A stretch of DNA of 64,000 nt from Camelus ferus (taxonomy: Eukaryota). The DNA is taken from positions 83,020,001 to 83,084,000 of the forward strand of contig NC_045696.1 of assembly GCF_009834535.1 (NCBI RefSeq), given 5' to 3'. The notes beneath the pieces were generated by a model. The model was not told the origin of the DNA. It did no database searches and saw only the letters and a program-made list of their open reading frames with translations. The position numbers were made by a program, and so were the translations under genes. This document shows, piece by piece, positions 54,214 through 64,000 of this stretch; within the stretch, counting starts at the first letter, position 1, and each line of letters begins with the position of its first letter.

Positions 54214-54342
54214 CTTTTTCACACTGGCTGCCATGGAAACCAGCTAGGCAAATGCACTGTCCACTTGCTGCATCACAATTGGCTCCATTTCTGCAGTCTC
54301 AGATGTGGGCACAGTTCAAACCATAAAATCCAGGAAGGCAGG
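54214..54342 (-). pseudogene. EGF-like exon C: xCLPGFYGLNCAHI*DCRNGANCDAASGQCICLAGFHGSQCEK
   Basis: Acceptor ttccactttctag|CC, donor AAG|gtatag, 129 nt. In-frame TGA at 54299-54301 replaces a conserved Cys. Not in the ORF track; read manually. Confidence 0.9.
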
Positions 54343-56376
54343 CTAGAAAGTGGAAATGTCAAAATGCTATTTCAGCTCTAAGAATAAATAAGGGGAAAAT
54401 TAAAGGATATGTTCTAGGTCATTTGTTTCCCAGGACCAAGAAGGAGATGGGAGCAGAGAATTGGAAGGCAAGGGAAAAATTTCATGGAGAGGCATGTTGC
54501 TAGTATTTCAGTCATACAGATAAGTGACTATTTAAGTGCCATTGCCCACAATGAGTCTAGAAAGGTCCAGAAGAAAATTTAAAATATCTTCAAGTAGATC
54601 AAATTTATTTGCTATGATGTGCTATAGTCTGACAAACACTTCACCAAAACTGTCTAATAACCTAAACACCTAAAAGAACCATGTTTTCAAACTTCATATG
54701 CAGGCGAAATTTAGCGAGAATTTAAAACTCTTTAAATAAATAAGATAGTGTCTGGGGGAGGTGATTCATACAGCTGTTGATATTTGAAATCCTACAAGTG
54801 GATGACAGAAGCGGGTGTGATGGGGGCAGGTAGGGGGAGAAAGAAGGAGAAAGGGAAAAGAAAACAGAGAAAATATGATGCATACACAGTAGGTTCACAT
54901 CTTATGAAGCAGTTACATTTTAAAGTCAGTGAAATTTAATCTTTGAAAAATTTCCTAAATAGCCCATAGAGTACAACAGAGAACTAGTTCTTAGTAAGTC
55001 CAGTGTAACCTGTCTTTCCTACACAGTTGGAGAAGATCAATACTTTTGTGGCTGAACATCAGAAGTGATTGGCTTAGATTTAGAGACCATATGGTCCAAG
55101 CAAATGCATTTCTTCAAATGCTCAAATTGTCCTCTGCCCAGGGGATGCTTGCCTGAGGGAGGTACATGAGAGCTACATTTGACTGCAGACCAAGGATTCC
55201 CATTTCCTACCTTGAGTTTTCTCTGGGGTTGTGCTCACCACCCACCAACGGGACTAGAAGGGGCACACAGTTTCCTCACCCTTCAATTATCCTCTCTCTC
55301 TTGCTCTCTTTTTCTCTCTCTGTCCCCCAATCCCCCTTCCCCAGCACCTAGAGTTGGATTTGCCTAGGCTTCACGTGGGTGACAGTTCTTCAGCATGAAT
55401 GGAGCTACTCAGGACAGATCCAACATTCGGAAAAACTCACAGAGAGTGGAAGAAGGAAGCCAAACCAAAACCAGATAAGGAATGAATGATTTTATATAAT
55501 ATACACTCTTCCATTTTCTAATCTTATTTACTCTTACAAAATGAATAATAAAGGAAGATCCAGTGCAGGGTTTCTTCTGTTTGTTCTTGTACAATAGTTG
55601 TTGACAATACATTAAAAAGTCATATCTCCTTTATCTCCCTTATTTTAATTGTATATAAAACTGAGCTCATAAAGGTTGGCTTGCTTGACTTTTTCATTTG
55701 TCTAAATAATTCTCCCAGGTTGCTTGGCTTAGAACCTTGGAGTTAATTTTGATTCCTACATCATCCTCAGCTACGTGTCCAAATCAATTGTCAAATACAG
55801 TCAATTGTTTTTCCAAAATATTCTTCTGTTCATTCATTTCCATTTTGATCCCAGGATAGATTTTTGAAATCCCAGACTATCACTGCAGTTTCCTACATGG
55901 ACACTACTAGTAGCTCCTTTTCCTCATGATTAATAATATCCCCACGTTACATGTTTATTTCACCAGAGTGATGTCCCTTGTCTACTCAAAATCTTCCTTG
56001 ATATTCCACTGCATGTAGGATAAAATTTATGGACGTTGAGTAGACATTTTTCCTTCTTTTGTATCTCTTAGTCTAATTTTGAAAACAAAACAAACAAAAA
56101 CTATAAGACTTTGCTTCTACGTTCTCTAACACAAGAAACATCAGTGTGGTTGGCAAGAGATCTAACCCTCGAAAGGCTTAGTAGGATTTGACAGTTGACA
56201 ACATCTAAAACTTAAATTAGAGCTTTGAAATATGTTGCAAAAATATATATTAAAATCTTAGCAGTTTATCTAACTTGATATAATGGGAATGTATTACTTT
56301 TATGATTTAAAAAAACAGTTTTCAAAGCTTAAAACTTAACAGCACCATAACATGCACATTCATCTTCTTGGTTTCC

Positions 56377-56505
56377 CATGTTCACAGTTTCTTCCATAAT
56401 ATCCTGGGAGGCACTCACAGCTTCCAGAAATCCTGTTGCAAATCCCATTGTTCTGACATGTGCAATTAAAATGGCAGCCTGGACCATAATAACCAGGAAA
56501 ACATT
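56377..56505 (-). pseudogene. EGF-like exon B: ECFPGYYGPGCHFNCTCQNNGICNRISGSCECLPGYYGRNCEH
   Basis: Acceptor tcctttttcag|AA, 129 nt, open frame with all 8 Cys. The expected donor position reads G|ggaaac instead of G|gt. Confidence 0.9.
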
Positions 56506-56574
56506 CTGAAAAAGGACCCACCCAAGCAATAATTGAGTTTGTAATGAGTTTGAAGACAGAAAAAAACACTAGAA

Positions 56575-58670
56575 TTAATTAAAAAAAAAAAGGCAGACAA
56601 ATCATTAGCCAACAAAAGCAAGGTAAAAAAAGAGAAGGCACCAATATACCCAATTTTTTAAAAATATGGAATGATTATCAAAAGGAATAAATATAAAAGT
56701 ATAATACAAATAAATATAAAAATGTAAATGAAATGGAAAAGTTACAGAAGACAATTTACCAAAATGGTCCTAATTTGAGGCAGAAAACCTCAACAGGCTA
56801 ATTGTAATAAAAAAAACAATGGAGCAAATAGTAAAATAGTCCAATTAAAAAAAAATCCCAGCAATCCTAGGCTTCAAGGAGAAATTCTGTGACCTTTACA
56901 GTTCAGATAATCACCTTACTGCTTACACTGTTCCAGAGCATTGACAAGGAAAGAAAATTTCAAATACATTTTATTAAGTGAGTATAACATCAATTCCAAA
57001 GCCTGAAAAAATGTGTGAAAAACTACATCTCAATTTTACTTATGGATTATCAATGCCACATTTATAAAAAACATAAGTACACTGAAATCAACAGCATAAT
57101 TTTTAGTAATATAGCACAACTAAGTAGTATTTATTCTAAGAATGTAAGGTCTTGCAATAATATAAAAATTCATTGATAAATCCATCATATTTACCGGTCT
57201 AAAGAGAAAAATCATATTATTAATTTCATAAATGTAGAAGATACATTTGAACAATAATGTCATTAAAAATTGAGTAAAAGCATTGAATAAATTGAAAAAT
57301 TAATAGCCATATCATTAAAATCCAGCATTTTACTTATTGGAGGAAAAAAGCTTGAATAGATGGAGAAATAGACCATATTTATTCTTGAATAAGATGAGCT
57401 AATATCATAAATATACTAATTCTTCCTAAAGGAGTAAACACAGAGGACAACAAAACAGTAAAAATCAAAAAACAAACAAACAAAAAAACCTGACTTTTTT
57501 TTTGCACCTAGACAATCTGATTATAAATTTCATTTGGGACAAATAAATAAGAATAGTACTAGGGAAACCCCTGAAAAAGAAGAGTAGTGAAAGGTGGCTA
57601 GCCCTGTCAGTTTCAAATATATATAATAAAAGACTTCATATTAAAAACAGTATTGCATTTGCACAGAAATAGACAGATCAATAGAACAGAGCATCCAGAA
57701 CCATACTCAACTGCATGTAAATGTTTAGTATCTGACGCATCCTGCATCTCAAATCAGTGGGGAACACAGACTTGTAAAAGCTGCATTATGATAACTGAAA
57801 AGCCATGCAAGGGGAAAATGGATCTATTCCTCACACCATATGCCAGGAAAAATATTTAAAATTGATCAGAGAATTGAATGTCAAAAATGGTATCATACAA
57901 GTGTTAAAAGAAAACATGGTTGAATTCCTCTAAAGCCTGAGAATGGGGAATACATTCCTAATTATAACTCAAAAAATAGAGAGAAGAAAGATATATTTTA
58001 TTACAAAAAAGAAAAAATCTTCTGAATCATGCAGAATCTGAAATCCAAGATGCTCTTAATGAAGAACATGTTCTAGGATGGTTCACACCTTTAAGTGTTA
58101 TCTTCTCCCTGGTGGAATCCGAGCTGAATCCACGATGGGCTAGAACCAATAGAATGTGGTGGCAGTGATATTACATCACTTCCCTATCTTAGGAAGGCCT
58201 GACAACTTCTGTTTTAAGAGGCCAGCTGTCATGTAAGAAACCCAATTATCCAGTTGGAGAAATAAAGCCATGCAGAAATGGTAATGGTCAAGATGTTGGG
58301 GTAGAAAGACCCTGAGTTCAACTCTTTCCATAGGCACACCAAAATTACAACTATTTACAGTGTAAATAGACAATTAATAGAAAAAGAAATGCAAAAAGTC
58401 CTTACCCATTAAAGATGCTGAACATTATTTATAATAATAAAAATGAAAATTAGAACTCCACTAATACATTTCTCACCCAAATTTTGATAACATACTCTTT
58501 TGATAACCCTGCAGGGAAACAGGCATTCTATGTAAAGCTTATGAGGCTGCAATATGGTACAACCCCACATGGAAGAGAATTTGTCAATCAGTTGCAAAAT
58601 TACATTTGTCTTTACCTATGACTCAGTAACTCTTGTATGTTTGAAAAGTTCCATAATAAAAAGTTTAAAT
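56575..58670 (+). mobile_element. Old L1M ORF2/3' fragments in the intron between exons A and B
   Basis: Decayed ORF2 motifs (aatgaaatggaaaa, cagatcaatagaacag, ctcacaccatatgcca). Confidence 0.7.
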
Positions 58671-59938
58671 GATAGAGTCAAAAGTTAAAATGTCCCACAT
58701 CCCAAAATGATAGAGAATTATCCAACTTTAAAGTTAAAAACAAAACCAATGTGAACACATCTATTCCAAACACACTGCTATTCCTCTCATTTAGTAGTCC
58801 CAAATGTCACAAAATTGATAGGAGCTGGCTCCCATGAATTAGGGAGGGTATCCAAACTTGAAAAAAATTCCATGAAAAAATGGTCTTAAATGTTAGATTT
58901 AGAAGAGCTGTCATTTCAAAGTGTCATCATCCTGACTTTCAGGCGGGAAAATCATGGAAAGGTTGTGAATTAACAGAAGCACAGAGTATGGTATCAGCGG
59001 AGCGAGGCTTGGCATACGGGGCCGTCCGCTCCCCCTGCAAGGGGCTTTCATCTGTGCCGACTTCCGTGACAGTCAGATTAATGGTGAAGGACGGGGGTAA
59101 TCACACCCGTGTGGGAGCAGGTCAGGGCGGCAAGTCTGAAGAGCCAGAGCCCCCAGAGTTGGAACCATCTAGGTAGAAGTTCACTGTGGATTATTTTTCA
59201 CTCAGGGTGCCCCAAGTTTAGGCCCCAACACGGTGTTCTCACCCATGCTCTCCCTCACTACCCTTTCTGGCTTCTTTGGCCAAAACACAACACTATCTCC
59301 TGCAATAGTGTGCCCTAATTAGGATGCACGCTTTCCAGTGTTGTACAAAATAATCTATCATGGTTCCAAATGGAAGCAGTAGAACAGCTCTCAGTATTTA
59401 TCTTTATCTATTCTTTATCACCTTAAACCTTTATAATACACATATGAATGGAGAAACATAGGAATGTCACTTTTAATAAAAATACATTTATGACAGAGTG
59501 TGATTAAATTTTTCCCAAGGAGGTGGAGTTTGGAGACCTCTGCTCCCAGAGTCTTCCTCTTCACCCTCTGCAACTGGGCACAAGCTCCCAGTGAACTGGC
59601 TCTGCCCAAGGCCCTGCATCCTCCACCTTGCCCTCCTCAAGCATTGGCTGGAGGGGGAGTGGGACTGAGCTCTCAAAGGAGCTGTTTCATATTAATACTA
59701 TTCCAATTACTTAAGAGTTTTAAGAGTTTTCATGTGGTATTCTGGTAACAAGGTAACAAAATCAATCAATCAAGTAGTAACATAACACTATTTTTACTGG
59801 AAATGCAATCATAGTTACAAACAACTTGTGTAGACTTATTGGAAAATAGCCTCTTTACAGGCCTCTTCTATATTTTATCAACCATCAGCAGTCTGCTGTA
59901 GATCTGTACTGAATGAAAGAAGGTAGTCATCAACTTAC

Positions 59939-60050
59939 CTCTGTCACAATCATCTCCTGTCCATCCAGGGGCACAGTTGCAGCTTCCATCCACAGGACTG
60001 CAAAGGCCACCAGTTTTACAAGTACATTTTAACTTACAACTGGGGGCATC
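59939..60050 (-). pseudogene. EGF-like exon A: (G)CPQ[deletion]CKLKCTCKTGGLCSPVDGSCNCAPGWTGDDCDR
   Basis: Acceptor tttttactacag|GA, donor AG|gtaagt. It is 112 nt versus 129 nt for its neighbours. The phase-1 frame reads xGA TGC CCC CAG TTG TAA (stop at 60034-60036). Confidence 0.85.
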
Positions 60051-61599
60051 CTGTAGTAAAAATAAAAAATAACAAGCTGCATAAAAATGTCCCATAAGCA
60101 AACGTTTTTCTCTGTTTCAGGGACAGTAATCATTTCTACATAGCAAAAACATTGTTTTTAATGTTCAAATTAAAACAAATTAACCCATCAGCTGTATCCT
60201 TCACGTGGTAGCACGCCACTGTCATTCATTCATGTTTTCATTCACTCCTGTAATATTGACCGAACTCATAACTATGTACTCTAGGAACTGGAGATGCCCT
60301 ATAGAGAAACAGAGGTCAGTCCCAGATTGGCAGTGGGAGATTTTATGCATTTAATCTTATAATCAATAAAGAAGACAGATGAGTCATTTGCTTCTTCATG
60401 TCTCTGTGCTGTAATCTGAAAAACATTTCAGCACAGAGTAGTGGGTGACACAAACAAAAATGCACTAGCAAGAGGAGCTAAGCTACAGGTGAGAGAAGCT
60501 GACCAGACATAATGGAAACTGAGCCTTCATTGTCAGGGGGGAATAACTGAATGACAGGACGTACCAATGGGATAGTAACCATTACTCACATTTACTTGGT
60601 TTTGCCATGAAGAATATGGGCCCGATATAGCCAGCTAATATGATTTTTTTTTCAGGCAAACTCAAAATCCATATTTTATATGAAATCATCCAATATTTGA
60701 AAGCTGGCAACTAATTAAAATTGTTTTATGGCACTGTGGAAGCCAAAATTATGTCAGCCAAACCAAACACATTTGCGGCTAGATTTGGCCAAAGGCCTGC
60801 CATTTATACCCTCCAGTTTATAGTATTTTTACATAATGATATTTTCCACATGAATTATCTCATTTAATGCTTACACATATTTCTCTGATGTGGGTAACAG
60901 TATTCTTATTTTACACTTGAGAAAACTGAAGCTGAGGAACTGAAGTCTTGCTCAGGCTTAAGCAGCCAGTAAAGATAACCAAGATTCAAATCTAGAACTT
61001 CTGACTTCTCATCACCTATTCTTTCTATCTGAGCTAGCAGGAGAGACATTAGAGAAAGAAACACAATTTAGCTTGCCCCAGAGCATTTGGTTATAATAGA
61101 ACAGAGCACATACTTGGATTTAATTTGCATGACGCTTTCTTTCTTGTCTTTAACTAAATAGGTGTGCTTAACTTTAGTATCAAGTGAAGGAAGCATTTTG
61201 AGTTCGTTTAGCTAAAAAAATACAGTATGGCTGTACAGTTAATGGCTGAATCGTCATCGTATGTGCTTTTGGTTTTTTGCCTTTAAGGCAAATTAAACAG
61301 GATCAATGATACTAAGTCTTATACCATTAAAATAAAATTTCTTTGTCTCTCCTTCACCCTTCTAAAACAGCCTAACCAGCCAAGAGGCCTGTTCATTTTC
61401 CAACCTGAATGCGGAAATGCATTGTTGAAGCTGGTGAATCTATGAAAGTATGGGACTTCAAGATAAGACTTTGGACAAAAAAACATAACTGGAAAAGTGA
61501 GGAGCACTTAGAAATGTTTCTTTCCACAGGTCTAAGTCTCAGAAAAAATATTCACACAGAATTGTGCAAATAACTTTACTGCTTTCTGAAAGTTATTGT

Positions 61600-61704
61600 T
61601 GGGATGGGGGTGGGTAATAGCTCAGTGGGAGAGCACATGGTTATCATGCAGGAGGTCCTGGGTTCAATCCCCGGTGCCTCCATTAAAAAAAAAAAAAACT
61701 TTAA
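61600..61704 (+). mobile_element. tRNA-derived SINE (camelid Vic-1-like, short form)
   Basis: A-box TAGCTCAGTGG, B-box GGTTCAATCC, poly(A), TSD AAAGTTATTGT at 61589-61599 and 61705-61715. Confidence 0.88.
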
Positions 61705-62039
61705 AAAGTTATTGTAATTACACGTTAAATATTTCAAACAGTATATAAAGGTATATTATGGAAAAAAGTATTCCATCCTTGTGCCCTGGTCTTCCAGTGT
61801 TCCTTCAAAAAAAAAAAAATCATTGTCATCAGCTTTTTTCTGTATCATAGGCCTCACTTCTTTCAAAGAGAATTAATTACGCTGACCACTTGATTTAAAA
61901 TTTCAACCCACCTGGCACTCTCAAGCCCCATCTCATGTTCTTTTTTTCCCTCTTACCATAGATTTTATTCCCTGTTAACATACACATAATTGACTTATTA
62001 ATTATGAAAACGGGCACTGTTGGATATTGATGCCGTGAC

Positions 62040-63790
62040 CGCTGCGTTATTTTTGCTCCATGTGCTTGGTGTGTCTGTCCCCATTTATTTAGCTTCGTTT
62101 TATTCTGGACGCTTTTTTTCTAGGCTAAGGTGGGTGTTATTTCTCTCTTGCTGTTTTCAAGATTTTTTTCTTTTTCAGAATTCCAAAGTTTGATGTTGAT
62201 ATGTCTTCTGTGGATTTCTTTCGGTTGATCCTGTTCGGCATTCACACAGATTTTTCGATTTGTAGGTTTACAGGTTTTTTTGGTCATCTTTAGGACATTT
62301 TTAGCCGTCATCCCCTTGACTCCTTTTTCAGTCCTGCCCCCTTTCATCTCTACCTGGACTCTGATGACACAAATGCTCGAGCTCTTCTTCAGTCCTACAG
62401 ACCCCCAAGCTCTGTTCTTCTTCTTATTTCTTTCGTCATTTTCATTTCCCTCTCTGCTGTTTCGATTCGGTAATATTTGTTTAATCTTTGAGTTCACTGA
62501 TGTGTTCCTCTGTCCTCTCCATTCTGCTGTTAAGCCCAAACATTGAGTTTTGTTTAAAGTTTTGGTTTTCTATTTTCCAGTTCTAAAATTTCCACTTGGT
62601 CCTCCTGTATGTCTCTTATTCTTTGCTGAACCTTCCTATTTAACAAAAAAATTGCTTTAGGTATGTTCAGAGCTGCTCACTGAATCGTTTGTATGATGGC
62701 TGCTTTAAAACTCTTATCAATTAGTTTTAACATCAGTGTCATCTGAGTGTTGGTGTTTGTTGATTATTTTTTTCTTATTCAAGTTGGAATTTTCCTGGTT
62801 GTTGACAGAGTGAATAATTTTGGAATGGACCTGGACATTTTGAATATTATGGTATGAGACTCTGGATCTTGTTTAAATCTTCTGTTTTAGCAAGTCTCTT
62901 ATGATAGTACACTGGCAAGGAAAGAGGTCCATCTGTTAGAGGGTGAAGTCCAAGTTCCCCACACTGTCTCCAAGGGGGGAGCAAGGATAAGTGTGTTTCG
63001 TCTCTGCTGGGCCAGGGCCCGAGCCCAGGCTCCCAACGAGGCCTCTGCTGACACCCACCTGAGGGGTAGAAGGGCCGCCTTATGGCTGCCACTCGACTTC
63101 CACGGACGCTGGTGGCCTTGCTGCTGCTTGGTGGCTGTGAGAGTCCTGACTGTCCCCACGACCTCCTCGGACACCACCCTAGCATGGAGCGGTGTGGGCT
63201 CCCTACCATCTGGTAGAGGCAGAGGCTCATGCCTTCCACGTGGTTTCCACTGTCGCTGCCGTGGTGGCGGGTACATGCCCACCTGGCAGGGATGGAAGTC
63301 CCAGCCCCACCAGGCCTGCTCTCACTCCATCCTGGTGCAGGGTGCGGGGGCCTCATACACCCCAGCGGCATCTGAAGGGTAGAATCCTCACTTGGCCTTT
63401 GCTAATGGAGCTGGGGTGGAGGAAATGGTTTTAGTCTGTTTGCTGGGAATAGACCCGTTATTGTCTAAGAGTTTCCTGTCTTGCTTGGCTGCCCTTTTCC
63501 TGATATTTTAACTAGAGAAAGCAAGCTGACCTTGGACCTTTTTCTGTCTGCGCCTATTGACCCTTCTGGGTTAGAGCCTCTCCAGCAACCAGTCCAGCGT
63601 ATGAGACAAGAAAGGAAACTCAGGGAACTCACCATCATGCTGACCCTAGGTCCCCAGAATTGTAGCAGTTCTGCTGTCTTCTCTCCACACTTCAGAGTTC
63701 CGTATGTTTTCTATATAGTGTCTAGAATTTTTACTGTGTTTAGAGAGAGGAATAGGAAAATGGGTGTGTACTCCAGTTCTTCTAAGTGCA
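62040..63790 (-). mobile_element. Old L1M 5'UTR/ORF1 fragment
   Basis: Minus ORF 62120-62539 resembles ORF1p (ICVIRVQ...QPKEIHRRHINIKLWNSEKEKNLENSKRE), followed by a GC-richer 5'UTR remnant. Confidence 0.75.
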
Positions 63791-64000
63791 AGTCTTATAA
63801 TTTTATGTAATCTTTAGACAGTGCATTAATATAATGAATTTATTTGTTTAGTATATGTTGACTCACCAGTATGAGTGGTGATGGAATTAATATGCTTCTG
63901 CTTTCTCCAAATTTTTCTCATTCCTCTTTTCCCCTGATTTTACTGGGCTGTATTTTTTATTCTTACATTCTCAATGACAGCATTCTGAATTCCAGCATTT

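Larger units (their letters stand above)
48476..60050 (-). pseudogene. EGFEM1: 3' portion of a MEGF6-paralogous multi-EGF gene (probably EGFEM1), five exons, all carrying lesions
   Basis: Five 112-132 nt phase-1 exons each encode an 8-Cys module CxxGxxGxxCxxxCxCxxxxxCxxxxGxCxCxxGxxGxxC. Their order and motifs (GCPQ..., ...GYYGRNCEH, ...GFHGSQCEK, ...PGRTGARC, ECRSGQYGPNC...MGPTC) parallel the final five repeats of MEGF6 as recalled from memory. The AT-rich, long-intron context fits EGFEM1 better than MEGF6 itself. The symbol is an inference. Confidence 0.7.

Noticed and set aside
61335..61460. Strong plus-strand acceptor-like tract (ctttgtctctccttcacccttctaaaacag)
   Set aside because: No convincing coding frame or partner exons on the + strand.
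61606..61682. tRNA-like sequence
   Set aside because: Poly(A) tail, TSD and an imperfect acceptor stem indicate a SINE, not a tRNA gene.
62847..63434. GC-rich ORFs of 127-174 aa on both strands
   Set aside because: They fall within an old L1 5'UTR remnant and have no recognisable protein features.

Overview
Mammalian genomic DNA, AT-rich and repeat-dense, with a 100-N gap at 9019-9118. Two tRNA-derived Vic-1-like SINEs suggest a camelid (inference). There is no intact host gene. (1) Five minus-strand, phase-1/phase-1 EGF-like exons at 60050-48476 match, in order, the last five EGF repeats of MEGF6 as I recall them, so this is most likely the 3' end of the MEGF6 paralogue EGFEM1. Every exon carries a lesion: an inferred 17-nt deletion, a GT>GG donor loss, a Cys>TGA, a 1-nt deletion plus Cys>Ser, and a Cys>Phe. 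This part of the gene therefore looks pseudogenised. (2) A young full-length ~7.1-kb LINE-1 (12828-19924, +) has a 15-bp TSD and few disabling lesions. (3) Scattered minus-strand exon-like segments (37.8k, 34.9k, 20.1k, 12.5k, 2.2k) may be relics of a second, unrecognised, decayed gene; this is speculative. (4) The rest is old L1M, L2, MIR, MLT1 and MER repeats, microsatellites and a few repeat-free candidate enhancers.
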